This document shows positions 8,340 through 17,298 of a stretch of DNA of 35,306 nt, piece by piece. The notes under the pieces were generated by a model. It was not told where the DNA came from. It searched no databases and saw only the letters and a program-made list of their open reading frames with translations. The number at the start of each line of letters is the position of its first letter. The first letter of the stretch is position 1. Origin of the DNA: Candidatus Brocadiia bacterium (GTDB lineage Bacteria; Planctomycetota; Brocadiia; SM23-32). The stretch lies in the NCBI GenBank assembly GCA_046483865.1, contig JAWOCH010000314.1, positions 1-35,306 of the forward strand, read 5' to 3'. The position numbers and the translations under genes are program-made.

Positions 8340-9989
8340 TCAGTCGCCAGGCATCAGGGGGACCAGTTCAATGCCTGCGCCGGTGCCCAGATTCCTGGAG
8401 TACTGCTTGTCCTCCGGGTTGTTCCAGTGCTCGTAGACGCCGAGGCTGTCCATCGGCTGCCCGTCGCCGTCCGGATCGTAGAGGGCGCCCGAGATGGGTG
8501 AGCCGGCCAGGGCGGCCTCCCGCAGGTAATCTGCAGTGCCGGACATGCTCGGGTAGCTCTCGCTCCATTCTGTCCGGAGGAAGTCGAAACCGACCGAGTC
8601 AATCGCCACCGCATCCTGGCTGACGAAGATGCTCTCGGGCCAGTCGCCGTCGAACGGCGCCATCTGCCAGCGGCTTGGCCTGCCTTCCCAATCCTCCCCC
8701 GCTATGAGGCCGTCAATCAGGTAGAGGACCGTCTTGCCGCCCAGTTCCGGGTGCCCCATCAGGTCCACCACCGCCCGGTAGTGCCCCATGCCGGGCAGGT
8801 TCGTCGGCAACGTCTGGTGCATGTCGTAGAATTGCCGCCCCAGCGGATCGTCATAGGCAATGGGATTGCGGATTAGTGAGCCGTAGTGGTTCTTCGCGCA
8901 CAGCGTGATGCCGTTCATCTCGTGGCTCTTCAGGATCGCGAAGTTGACGACGTAATCCGCCTCCGCAAACGAAGTGGGAATGTGATCCTGCGCGGTTACC
9001 CGATCGAGGCGCCGCGGCTCCGGATCGCTCCAGACCACGGGTACGTCGGAGAAGGACACCAGCCTCCGCCCGGACACGGGTGAACCGTAACGGGTCAGAC
9101 ACACCACCCGCCGCAGCTCCTCGTGCCGTTGGATGGCGTTGTAGTAGAAGTTCGGCATGATGCGGGACGGGTCGCCGATGGAGATCTGCTCCGCCGGCAC
9201 TCCTGCGTCCACGACCAGTTGCCTCAGCAGGGCCACGGTGAGTTGTGGCGAGTTGCCGATGTTGTCAGCGTGTTCCCACGGCTTGCCCATGCGCATGGGA
9301 TCGGACTCTCCGCACAGGGTGTGGTTAGTCTTTATGGCTATCTTCTCGCCTGCCTGATAGCCCACGTCCCCGCGGCCGTGGGTTCGGTTATAGTGGCGGA
9401 ACAGAGCGTCCCAGGCCGCCGCCACGCTGTCCTCACCGCTCAGGTTCATCACTGCCCGCTCCAGCATCCGGCTGACGACTTGCTGGTCCGTGCGCTGATA
9501 CCAGAGCGTACCCGTATGCGGGCCGACCCAGTCAACGGCCTCCTTGTCGCGCACCCACACGACGCGTCCGGGATGGATGCCCTGCGCGATGCCCACCGGC
9601 TGGTTGACCGGCAGGGGGTCGGCAGCGGCCAGCGCCGGGCCGGCGTCTGTCAGGCTCAACGTCAGTGACAGTGTCCCCACCGCCACGGCGACCATCCCCG
9701 CGGCCAGCGGGTAGCGCGCCTTGCGCAGATAGCGCCGCGCCTTGCCCAGCGCGCCCAGCGCCCCGGCCGCGCCCAGCAGCCACACGACGAACCCCGAGGC
9801 CAGGGGCAGCGCAGCCCGTTGGCACGGATAGCGGGCCCGGGACGGTTTCGGAATCACCCGGACCAGAAACCATACGAGCGCCATTAGGCCCGTGGCCTGG
9901 AAGAGCCACTTTGCAGCGCTGCTGCGCGTCTGGCCTGCATCACGGCAAACGTCCGTTTCAGTTCCCTGCTGCTTATCTGCGCCTGACAC
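8340..9989 (-). CDS. DUF362-domain protein with N-terminal multi-TM anchor
   Basis: 549 aa. Three hydrophobic N-terminal segments, and the DUF362 hallmark DYVVNFAILKSHEMNGITLCAKNHYGSL. GTG start is preceded by GGAGG with a 6-nt spacer. Confidence 0.7.
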   Translation of the reverse strand: MSGADKQQGTETDVCRDAGQTRSSAAKWLFQATGLMALVWFLVRVIPKPSRARYPCQRAALPLASGFVVWLLGAAGALGALGKARRYLRKARYPLAAGMVAVAVGTLSLTLSLTDAGPALAAADPLPVNQPVGIAQGIHPGRVVWVRDKEAVDWVGPHTGTLWYQRTDQQVVSRMLERAVMNLSGEDSVAAAWDALFRHYNRTHGRGDVGYQAGEKIAIKTNHTLCGESDPMRMGKPWEHADNIGNSPQLTVALLRQLVVDAGVPAEQISIGDPSRIMPNFYYNAIQRHEELRRVVCLTRYGSPVSGRRLVSFSDVPVVWSDPEPRRLDRVTAQDHIPTSFAEADYVVNFAILKSHEMNGITLCAKNHYGSLIRNPIAYDDPLGRQFYDMHQTLPTNLPGMGHYRAVVDLMGHPELGGKTVLYLIDGLIAGEDWEGRPSRWQMAPFDGDWPESIFVSQDAVAIDSVGFDFLRTEWSESYPSMSGTADYLREAALAGSPISGALYDPDGDGQPMDSLGVYEHWNNPEDKQYSRNLGTGAGIELVPLMPGD

Positions 9990-10122
9990 GTGCGACCTCC
10001 GTGTAACAAAAGCCGAGCCCCGGCCGGACTCCCCGGCCGCGACGTTCCCAACCCTTTGATGAAAACCCGGGATACCCTCCCAGAAACGGTCATTCTACAA
10101 CCGTTCGGCTCGGCCGGGCAAG

Positions 10123-10149
10123 CGGAACTGACCAGTCAGTTCCGTTTTT
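10123..10149 (+). terminator. Intrinsic-terminator-like hairpin plus U-tract with no upstream plus-strand gene
   Basis: CGGAACTGAC (10123-10132) pairs with GTCAGTTCCG (10135-10144). TTTTT follows at 10145-10149. Confidence 0.55.
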
Positions 10150-10161
10150 CGCCGAAATCCG

Positions 10162-10190
10162 TTGAACAGCCGGCGCGCGCCCCCTATCAT
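10162..10190 (+). promoter_or_regulatory. Sigma70-type promoter candidate for the FKBP gene (TTGAAC-N17-TATCAT)
   Basis: TTGAAC at 10162-10167, a 17-nt spacer, then TATCAT at 10185-10190, about 78 nt upstream of the ATG at 10268. Confidence 0.5.
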
Positions 10191-10267
10191 GTCCTGTGAA
10201 TCGGCGGCCACTCTCCGACCGCCGGGAGCTTCTGTTCAGCCGCATTCTCTATCGCGAGAGGGTGACA

Positions 10268-11029
10268 ATGAAGGTAAGGGACCTGATGATCGTGCTGGCG
10301 ATGTGCCTGGCCCTGATGACAGTGCCGGCTGCCGCGGCGGAGGAAGGTGCTGCCGTTGAGGCCACCGAAACGCCGGCAGAGACGCCCATGCAAACGACCG
10401 CCGTCGGGGAGTTCGAGACTCCCATGCAGAGGATGAGCTACGCGGTTGGGTTCCAGTGGGCGGGTTTCTTCAAGCGTCGCGCGGACAACTACGACGTGGA
10501 CGCCTTCGTTGCCGGCATCCGCGACTCGCTCACTGACAGCAGGCCGCGGCTGGACCCGGCCGTCATGGAGGAGTTGATGGACGAGTTCTTCGGCGGCGAC
10601 CGCCGTCGGCGCGGCCGGCGGGGACGACCCGACCCGGAGGCCAACCTCCAGGAGGCAAAGGAGTTCCTGGCCGAGAACAAGGACGAGGAAGGCGTCCAGA
10701 CGCTGCCCGGCGGCGTCCAGTACCAGGTCATCGAGCCCGGCAGCGGGGCCTCCCCGGAAGCGGACGACAGAGTCACTGTACACTACCGCGGCATGCACCT
10801 GGACGGGGAGGAGTTCGACAGCTCCTACAGCCGTGGGGAGCCGAGCCAGCTCGACCTGTCCCACACGATACCCGGCTGGCGCCAGGCCCTGACCCACATG
10901 AAGAAGGGCGCGAAGTGGAAGGTCTGGATTCCGCCGGAGCTGGCCTACGGCGAGCGCGGCGTCGAGCGGACCATCCAACCCAACGAGCTGCTGGTCTTCG
11001 AGATAACGCTGCTGGATTTCAAGGACTGA
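10268..11029 (+). CDS. FKBP-type peptidyl-prolyl cis-trans isomerase (Mip/FkpA-like, secreted)
   Basis: Signal-peptide-like N-terminus MKVRDLMIVLAMCLALMTVPAAAA, an FKBP_N-like helix region, and the FKBP core VTVHYRGMHLDGEEFDSSY...IPGW...PPELAYGERG...LVFEITLLDF. Start at ATG 10268 follows GAGAGGG. Confidence 0.85.
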   Translation: MKVRDLMIVLAMCLALMTVPAAAAEEGAAVEATETPAETPMQTTAVGEFETPMQRMSYAVGFQWAGFFKRRADNYDVDAFVAGIRDSLTDSRPRLDPAVMEELMDEFFGGDRRRRGRRGRPDPEANLQEAKEFLAENKDEEGVQTLPGGVQYQVIEPGSGASPEADDRVTVHYRGMHLDGEEFDSSYSRGEPSQLDLSHTIPGWRQALTHMKKGAKWKVWIPPELAYGERGVERTIQPNELLVFEITLLDFKD

Positions 11030-11052
11030 CGCACCAGCCGGAGGCCCGGCCC

Positions 11053-12462
11053 GTGCCCGCCGGACGTGCGACGTCAGACAGCCCGGACTACCGCCTGACG
11101 TGGTGCAACCCCCTGCCGCTGCCCTTCACGCCGGCCGGAGGCGGCCGGACAACGGGCAGCCTGGCCGACCCCACGGTGCTGCGCCACGAGGGGAAGTACT
11201 ACCTGTACGCCACCGGGGGACAGGCGTGGGTCTCCAACGACTTGCTGCACTGGACCTACCATCCGGTCAGCGTCCCGGGCCGGCGCGGGCTGGTGGGGCC
11301 GGCCCTGATTGAGAAGGGGGGCACCTTCTACCTCACCGACAATCAGGCCATCCTCTACAGGAGCGATTCGCCGCTGGGGCCGTGGGAATCGCTCGGCCGC
11401 ATCCGCGACGAGCAGGACGAGGAAGTCCACTTCGTTGACTGGATGTTCTTCCTCGACGACGACGGGCGGCTCTACGCCTATCACAACAGCGACAGGGGCA
11501 TCGGCTCGGACGGTATCTACGTGACGGAGCTGGACGAGCGGGAGGACTACGCCCGCACCGTCGGGCCGACCACGCACTGCTTCGGCTACGAGCCCGAACA
11601 CGTCTGGGAGCGGCGCGGCGACCACAACGAGGACGCCAGCTCAAGCTGGATCGAAGCCGCCTGGATGACCAAACGCGACGGGCGCTACTACCTGCAGTAC
11701 TCGGCGCCGGGCACGGAGTTCTTCACCTACGCCGTGGGGCTCTACACGGCGGACAGCCCCCGCGGTCCGTTCACCTACGATGCGCGCAGTCCGCTGCTTG
11801 CGGACGGCGGCGCGCTGGCGCGCGGCCCCGGCCACCACACCGTTTTCGAGGGCCCGGACGGCGAGCTATGGACGCTCTACCACGTGCTCGTGCGCAATCG
11901 GAGCATCTGGGAGCGGCGGCTGGCCATGGACTGCGTGTCTTTCGACTCGGCGGGGCATATGCTCTTCGAGGGCCCGACGCAGACGCCGCAGTGGGCGCCC
12001 GGCTCCGGTCGGCGCAGGGACGTGGGGCTGGCTGCGCTCTCGGCAGGCCGCCCGGCTGCCGCCGACTCCGAGCAACCCGGCCATCCGGCCGGCGGCGCCG
12101 TGGACGGGTCGGTCAACACCTGGTGGGAGCCGGACGGGCCGTCCTGCCCGCACTGGCTGCGCGTGGACCTGGGCGCCCGCTGCACGGTGGGCGCCGCCCG
12201 GCTCGTCTTCTATGACATCGGCCCTTTCCAGTACGTGCTCGAGACCTCGGACGACGGCCAACGGTGGGAGGAAGCCGTGAACGAGCGGGACAACGTCGTG
12301 GCGCGGAACAACGCCTACCACGTGCTGGGCGGCGGGCATGGCAGGCCGGCCCGCTACCTGCGGCTGAGGGTGACGGACGTCCCGCCGGACACGCCTCTGC
12401 GCCTCATTGAACTGACTGTCTTCGGACACCGGGACGCGAAGGCCGACCACACGCCTGAGTAG
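11053..12462 (+). CDS. GH43-family glycoside hydrolase with C-terminal F5/8 type C (discoidin) domain
   Basis: GH43-like blocks ADPTVLRHEGKYYLYAT, WIEAAWMTKRDGRYYLQYS and GPGHHTVFEGPDGELW. C-terminal NTWWEP...WLRVDLG...RYLRLRV. Start inferred at GTG 11053, 8 nt after GGAGG. The ORF-track start at 10915 would overlap the FKBP gene. Confidence 0.7.
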   Translation: MPAGRATSDSPDYRLTWCNPLPLPFTPAGGGRTTGSLADPTVLRHEGKYYLYATGGQAWVSNDLLHWTYHPVSVPGRRGLVGPALIEKGGTFYLTDNQAILYRSDSPLGPWESLGRIRDEQDEEVHFVDWMFFLDDDGRLYAYHNSDRGIGSDGIYVTELDEREDYARTVGPTTHCFGYEPEHVWERRGDHNEDASSSWIEAAWMTKRDGRYYLQYSAPGTEFFTYAVGLYTADSPRGPFTYDARSPLLADGGALARGPGHHTVFEGPDGELWTLYHVLVRNRSIWERRLAMDCVSFDSAGHMLFEGPTQTPQWAPGSGRRRDVGLAALSAGRPAAADSEQPGHPAGGAVDGSVNTWWEPDGPSCPHWLRVDLGARCTVGAARLVFYDIGPFQYVLETSDDGQRWEEAVNERDNVVARNNAYHVLGGGHGRPARYLRLRVTDVPPDTPLRLIELTVFGHRDAKADHTPE

Positions 12463-12762
12463 CGAGCCCATCCGCAAACGGCGCGGCTGGGGGTGTGCCC
12501 TGCCCGCCCGGCAGTTTCCCCAATCTGTCTCGCCGCTCCTGCAGCCGCCTTGCACGCCGGCCGGCCAGCGGCGCGGGACAGCGCCCGCACCCACGGACAC
12601 AGCGTGCAGGCGGCCTGCTGAGAAGCTGGTCAAAGATTGAGCAACGCATCCGGCCTGCGCACGAATCCCACACCTTTGCAACGGCTCCGAACGCGGGCCG
12701 CAGACACGGCTGCCATGCTTAAGGCCATGCTTACAATGGACTTAGGGCAAGCCAGGCCCGTT

Positions 12763-12778
12763 TGGCATCCCGATTGCA
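12763..12778 (+). promoter_or_regulatory. Sigma54 (-24/-12) promoter candidate upstream of amtB-glnK
   Basis: TGGCAT-CCCGA-TTGCA matches TGGCAC-N5-TTGCW with correct GG/GC spacing, about 94 nt upstream of the amtB ATG. Confidence 0.6.
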
Positions 12779-12871
12779 CTACTGCGACCGTCGTGCGCCG
12801 TGGCCGCGCACAGACGGGATGTCGCGCATGCTGTTCCCCGGGGTTACCCGCAGACGAAGGGAGGACCAGGG

Positions 12872-14206
12872 ATGGGACGGACCAAGGACGAGGGCCTGTT
12901 GCCGGTGCTTCTGCTCGGCGTCGGGTGCGCCGCTGCTCTCGGGGCCGACGGGACGGTCTCCGCCAGCGCGCGGGGTGTGGACACCCTGTGGGTCCTGGTG
13001 GCGGCTTTCCTGGTTTTCTTCATGCAGGCGGGCTTCGGCATGGTTGAGGCCGGCTTCATTCGTGCCAAGAACGCCTGCAACATCCTGACCAAAAACTTCC
13101 TGGACTACTGCGTGGCCAGCGTCATGTTCTTCCTGGTCGGCTACGCGCTCATGTTCGGCGCGGGGAACGGGCTGGTCGGCTGGACGGGCTTCGGCATGTC
13201 GGGCGCGGAGAATCCCAGCGGGGTGGATCTGTTCGCCTTCTGGCTGTTCCAGGCGGCCTTCTGCGGCGCGGCGGCCACCATCGTGGCCGGCGGCATGGCA
13301 GAGCGCATGAAGTTCCCGGCCTACCTGATGTACACCGCCGTCATCAGCGCCGTGGTGTATCCGATCATCGGACACTGGATCTGGAGCGGCCAGGGCTGGC
13401 TGGCGAACCTGGGCTTCGGCGACTTCGCCGGCTCGACGGTCGTGCACGCCACCGGCGGCTGGGTAGCCTTCGTGGGCACGGCCATACTCGGCCCACGCAT
13501 CGGGAAGTTCGGCGCGGACGGCCGCCCCCGGGCACTCCCCGGCCACTCGATACCGCTGGCGGCACTCGGGGTCTTCCTGCTGTGGTTCGGCTGGTTCGGC
13601 TTCAACCCCGGCTCCACGCTGGCCGTAGGCGACGGCTCAGCGATTGGTCGGGTGGCCATGAACACGAACCTGGCCGCCGCCACCGGCGCCATCGCCGCCA
13701 TGCTCACCGTGTGGGCCCTCTACGGCAAGCCGGACCTGTCCATGACCATGAACGGCGCACTGGCAGGCCTGGTGGCGATCACCGCGCCGTGCGCCTTTGT
13801 CAGCGGAGCGGCGGCCCTGGCCATCGGCGCGGTGGCCGGCGTCATAGTGGTGCTGGGCGTCTCCATGCTGGACTCGATCGGCGTCGACGACCCCGTGGGC
13901 GCGGTGCCCGTGCACGGGATGAACGGCCTGTGGGGCACTTTGGCCGTCGGCATCTGGGGGAGGCAGTCCCTGGGGCTGGCCCGCGAGGGGCTGCTCCACG
14001 GCGGCGGCCTGACCCAGCTCGGCGTGCAGGCACTGGGCGTCCTCGCCGTCAGCCTGTTCGCCATGGCCAGCATGGGCCTGGTCTTCTATCTCATCAAACA
14101 GACCATCGGTCTGCGGGTAACGCGTGAGGAGGAATACCGCGGGCTCGACATCGGCGAGCACGGCATGGAGGCGTACGCCGGGTTCCAGATCTTCACCACA
14201 CAGTAG
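12872..14206 (+). CDS. amtB: Ammonium transporter (Amt family)
   Basis: Amt signature [14 protein letters not shown], multiple TM segments, and [13 protein letters not shown]. Start at ATG 12872 follows a GGGAGG RBS. The gene is followed by a P-II gene. Confidence 0.9.
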   Translation: MGRTKDEGLLPVLLLGVGCAAALGADGTVSASARGVDTLWVLVAAFLVFFMQAGFGMVEAGFIRAKNACNILTKNFLDYCVASVMFFLVGYALMFGAGNGLVGWTGFGMSGAENPSGVDLFAFWLFQAAFCGAAATIVAGGMAERMKFPAYLMYTAVISAVVYPIIGHWIWSGQGWLANLGFGDFAGSTVVHATGGWVAFVGTAILGPRIGKFGADGRPRALPGHSIPLAALGVFLLWFGWFGFNPGSTLAVGDGSAIGRVAMNTNLAAATGAIAAMLTVWALYGKPDLSMTMNGALAGLVAITAPCAFVSGAAALAIGAVAGVIVVLGVSMLDSIGVDDPVGAVPVHGMNGLWGTLAVGIWGRQSLGLAREGLLHGGGLTQLGVQALGVLAVSLFAMASMGLVFYLIKQTIGLRVTREEEYRGLDIGEHGMEAYAGFQIFTTQ

Positions 14207-14220
14207 CAAGGAGGTGCGCT

Positions 14221-14562
14221 ATGAAACTGATAATCGCCTACATCCAGCCCGAGAAGCTCAACGACGTCAAGCAGGCGCTCTTCGAAGCGGAGGTCTACAA
14301 GATGTCGGTCACCAACGCGCTCGGCTGCGGCCAGCAGCAGGGATACAAGGAGGCATACCGGGGCGTGGTGACCGAGGTGAACCTGCTGAAGAAGGTGCGC
14401 CTGGAGATAGCGGTCAACGAGGGCTTCGTCGAGCCCACAGTGGCGGCCATCATCGCTGGCGCCCGCACCGGAGAGATCGGCGACGGGAAGATCTTCATCC
14501 TCGACCTGGCCGAGTGCATCCGCATCCGCACGGGCGAGCGCGGCGGGGAGGCAATCGGGTGA
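14221..14562 (+). CDS. glnK: P-II nitrogen regulatory protein
   Basis: 113 aa: [20 protein letters not shown]..., a T-loop with EAYRG, and C-terminal GDGKIFI. Linked to amtB. Confidence 0.9.
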   Translation: MKLIIAYIQPEKLNDVKQALFEAEVYKMSVTNALGCGQQQGYKEAYRGVVTEVNLLKKVRLEIAVNEGFVEPTVAAIIAGARTGEIGDGKIFILDLAECIRIRTGERGGEAIG

Positions 14563-14703
14563 ACGGGTGGTCAATCATTGAGCACCCCGGTGCCCCCTGC
14601 GCACGGATTCTACAGTCGCGTGGGAATGCCGGAGGAGACCACGAAGGCTCAGTATGCACGTAACCCATCCCCTACCAACACCTTACAAGACACATGTTCG
14701 GTT

Positions 14704-14719
14704 TGGCACCGCAGTTGCA
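14704..14719 (+). promoter_or_regulatory. Sigma54 (-24/-12) promoter candidate upstream of glnA and the GOGAT genes
   Basis: TGGCAC-CGCAG-TTGCA is an exact match to TGGCAC-N5-TTGCA, about 118 nt upstream of the glnA ATG. Confidence 0.65.
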
Positions 14720-14836
14720 CCGGGTTCCTTCAAGATCCGGGTAGCTCAGGCGTCCTCGCCGGACGAGGCGCGGCGAGACGCCGCGCCCACCAAGGGAAAG
14801 ACGCCTGATAACGAGCCCTGAAGGAAGGAGGCCGCA

Positions 14837-16168
14837 ATGGCCACGATGGACAAGGAAGCCGTGATGAAGACGGTCGAGGAGAAGCGGGTCAGGTTCATCC
14901 GCCTGTGGTTCACCGACGTGCTGGGTTACTTGAAGAGCTTCGCAATCACTGCCGATGAGCTGGAAGGCGCGCTCGACGAGGGCATGGGCTTCGACGGCTC
15001 CTCGATCGAAGGCTACGCGCGGATCGAGGAGAGCGACATGGTCGCCCGGCCGGACCCGGGCACGTTCACCATTCTGCCCTGGCGTCCGACCGAGGACGCC
15101 GCCGTCGCGCGCATGTTCTGCGACGTGCTCCAGCCGGACGGCACCCCCTATGTGGGCGATCCGCGCTACGCACTGAAGCGCAACCTGCAGAGGGCCGCCG
15201 ACATGGGCTACACCTTCTACGTCGGCCCGGAGCTGGAGTTCTTCTACTTCCGGGACAGCAACGGCACGGCCGGACTGGACGCCGGCGGCTACTTCGACCT
15301 GACGCCCCTGGACGTGGCCAGCGACCTGCGGCGCGACACCATCCTGAGCCTCGAGCAGATGGGCATCCACGTCGAATACAGCCACCATGAGGTGGCTCCC
15401 AGTCAGCACGAGATTGACCTGCGCTACACCGACGCCCTGTCCATGGCCGACGCCGCCATGACGTACCGTCTGACCGTCAAGGAGATCGCCTTGAAGCACG
15501 GCGTCTACGCCACCTTCATGCCCAAACCCCTGTTCGCGGAGAACGGCAGCGGCATGCACACGCACCAGTCGCTGTTCGAGGACGATAAGAACGCGTTCTT
15601 CGACGCTGACGACCGCTACGGTCTCTCGCAGGTCGGTAAAGCGTACATCGCGGGCCTGCTGGCGCACGCGCGGGAGATCTGTTCGTTGGTCGCGCAGTGG
15701 GTGAACAGCTACAAGCGCCTTGTGCCGGGCTACGAGGCGCCGGTCTATGTCTCCTGGGCGCGACGCAACCGGTCCGCGCTGGTGCGGGTGCCGATGTACA
15801 AGCCCGGGCGCGAGGCCGCGACCCGCGCCGAGTTCCGCTGCCCCGATCCCGCCTGCAACCCCTACCTGGCCTTCGCCGTCATGCTGGCCGCGGGGCTGAA
15901 GGGCATCGAAGAGGGCTACGAGCTGCCGGAGCCGGTCGAGGAGGACATCTTCGAGATGACACCGCAGCAGCGGACCGAGCGAGGCATCGTGTCCCTGCCC
16001 GGCAATCTGGCCGAGGCCATTGCCGAGACCGAGCGCAGCGAGCTGGTGCGCGAGGCGCTGGGCGACCATATCTTCGACAAGTTCATCGCCAACAAGAAGA
16101 TAGAGTGGGACGGATACCGGATGCACGTCAGCCGGTATGAGCTGGAGAACTACCTGCCCGTGCTCTGA
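14837..16168 (+). CDS. glnA: Glutamine synthetase, type I (short, GSI-alpha-like, 443 aa)
   Basis: VRFIRLWFTDVLG, GFDGSSIEGY, the MPKPLFAENGSGMHTHQSLF motif, and NSYKRLVPGYEAP. Confidence 0.9.
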   Translation: MATMDKEAVMKTVEEKRVRFIRLWFTDVLGYLKSFAITADELEGALDEGMGFDGSSIEGYARIEESDMVARPDPGTFTILPWRPTEDAAVARMFCDVLQPDGTPYVGDPRYALKRNLQRAADMGYTFYVGPELEFFYFRDSNGTAGLDAGGYFDLTPLDVASDLRRDTILSLEQMGIHVEYSHHEVAPSQHEIDLRYTDALSMADAAMTYRLTVKEIALKHGVYATFMPKPLFAENGSGMHTHQSLFEDDKNAFFDADDRYGLSQVGKAYIAGLLAHAREICSLVAQWVNSYKRLVPGYEAPVYVSWARRNRSALVRVPMYKPGREAATRAEFRCPDPACNPYLAFAVMLAAGLKGIEEGYELPEPVEEDIFEMTPQQRTERGIVSLPGNLAEAIAETERSELVREALGDHIFDKFIANKKIEWDGYRMHVSRYELENYLPVL

Positions 16169-16182
16169 CGGGGGAAGGACAG

Positions 16183-17292
16183 ATGAGGATCCCCGACCAG
16201 AAAGACATCAGCGGATGCGCCATCTCGGGCCTTATGTCCGAGGAGGGCCGCCTGTTGGGCGGGGACCTCATCATCCGCTCCATCGCCGTGATGCACGAGC
16301 GGTCCAACGGGCTGGGCGGCGGCTTCGCGGGATACGGCATCTACCCCGAACATGAAGAGGACTACGCCCTGCACGTCATGTGCGACGACGAGCCGTCCCG
16401 CCGTCGGGCCGAGGAACTGATAGAGACCCGCTGCACCGTCCGCCACGATGAACCGATCCCCCACCGGCCCGTGCGCGCCATACGCGGGCGCCCGATGCTG
16501 CACCGGTGGTTCGTGCGGGTGAAGCCCGGCCTGCTGCGCCGCAACTACGACATGGACGAGGACGACCTGATCGTGGCCATGGTGATGCAGATCAACGCCG
16601 AGGTGGACGGGGCGTTCGTCTTCTCAAGCGGCCGGAACATGGGCGTGTTCAAGGGCGTCGGGTTCCCGGAGGACATCGGCGAGTTCTTCCGCCTGGAAGA
16701 GTACAGGGCGTGGGGATGGATCGCCCACGGCCGCTTCCCCACCAACACCACCGGTTGGTGGGGCGGCGCGCACCCGTTCGGCCTTCTGGACTGGGCCGTG
16801 GTGCACAACGGGGAGATCAGCTCCTACGGCATCAACCGCCGCTACCTGGCCAACTTCGGATACCACTGCACGCTGCAGACGGACACCGAGGTGATCGCCT
16901 ATCTGTTCGACCTTCTGATCCGCAAGCACGCCCTGCCGGTGGAGATAGCATGTCAGGCGCTGGCGCCGCCTTTCTGGGAACAGATTGGCCGCCGCCAGGG
17001 ACCGGAGGCCGAACTGGCCGCCGCCCTGCGCATTGTCTACGGCGGCGCGCTGCTGAACGGACCGTTCTCCGTAGTCGTCGGTCACAGTGGCGGTTTGATC
17101 GCGTTCAATGACCGCGTCAAGCTCCGCCCGATGGTCGCCGCGCGGCAGGATGACATGCTGCACGTGGCAAGCGAGGAGGCGGCGGTCCGCGCCGTCTGCC
17201 CGGAGCCGGACAAGCTCTGGCACGCCCGCGGCGGCGTGCCCATCGTCGGCGAACTCAAAGGCGCGCCCACCGGCGCCGCAGTGGGGGCATGA
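16183..17292 (+). CDS. Class II (Ntn) glutamine amidotransferase; split glutamate synthase domain 1
   Basis: 369 aa. SGCAISG nucleophile region sits after a short propeptide. Also NGLGGGFAGYGIYP, AHGRFPTNT and HNGEISSYG. It starts 14 nt after the glnA stop. Confidence 0.75.
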   Translation: MRIPDQKDISGCAISGLMSEEGRLLGGDLIIRSIAVMHERSNGLGGGFAGYGIYPEHEEDYALHVMCDDEPSRRRAEELIETRCTVRHDEPIPHRPVRAIRGRPMLHRWFVRVKPGLLRRNYDMDEDDLIVAMVMQINAEVDGAFVFSSGRNMGVFKGVGFPEDIGEFFRLEEYRAWGWIAHGRFPTNTTGWWGGAHPFGLLDWAVVHNGEISSYGINRRYLANFGYHCTLQTDTEVIAYLFDLLIRKHALPVEIACQALAPPFWEQIGRRQGPEAELAAALRIVYGGALLNGPFSVVVGHSGGLIAFNDRVKLRPMVAARQDDMLHVASEEAAVRAVCPEPDKLWHARGGVPIVGELKGAPTGAAVGA

Positions 17293-17298
17293 ACACAG

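Noticed and set aside
14682-14688. The heptamer CTTACAA is shared upstream of both sigma54 promoters (12730-12736 and 14682-14688), at 33 and 22 nt from the -24 element, which is one helical turn apart.
   Set aside because: A single shared 7-mer between two roughly 50-nt regions is expected by chance at roughly the 10-20% level. That is not enough to call a regulatory site without genome-wide enrichment.
14563-14836. Possible glutamine riboswitch (glnA RNA motif) in the glnA leader.
   Set aside because: I could not find the conserved glnA-motif core or pseudoknot as I recall it. Only a generic GC hairpin is present. An Infernal scan against Rfam would be decisive.
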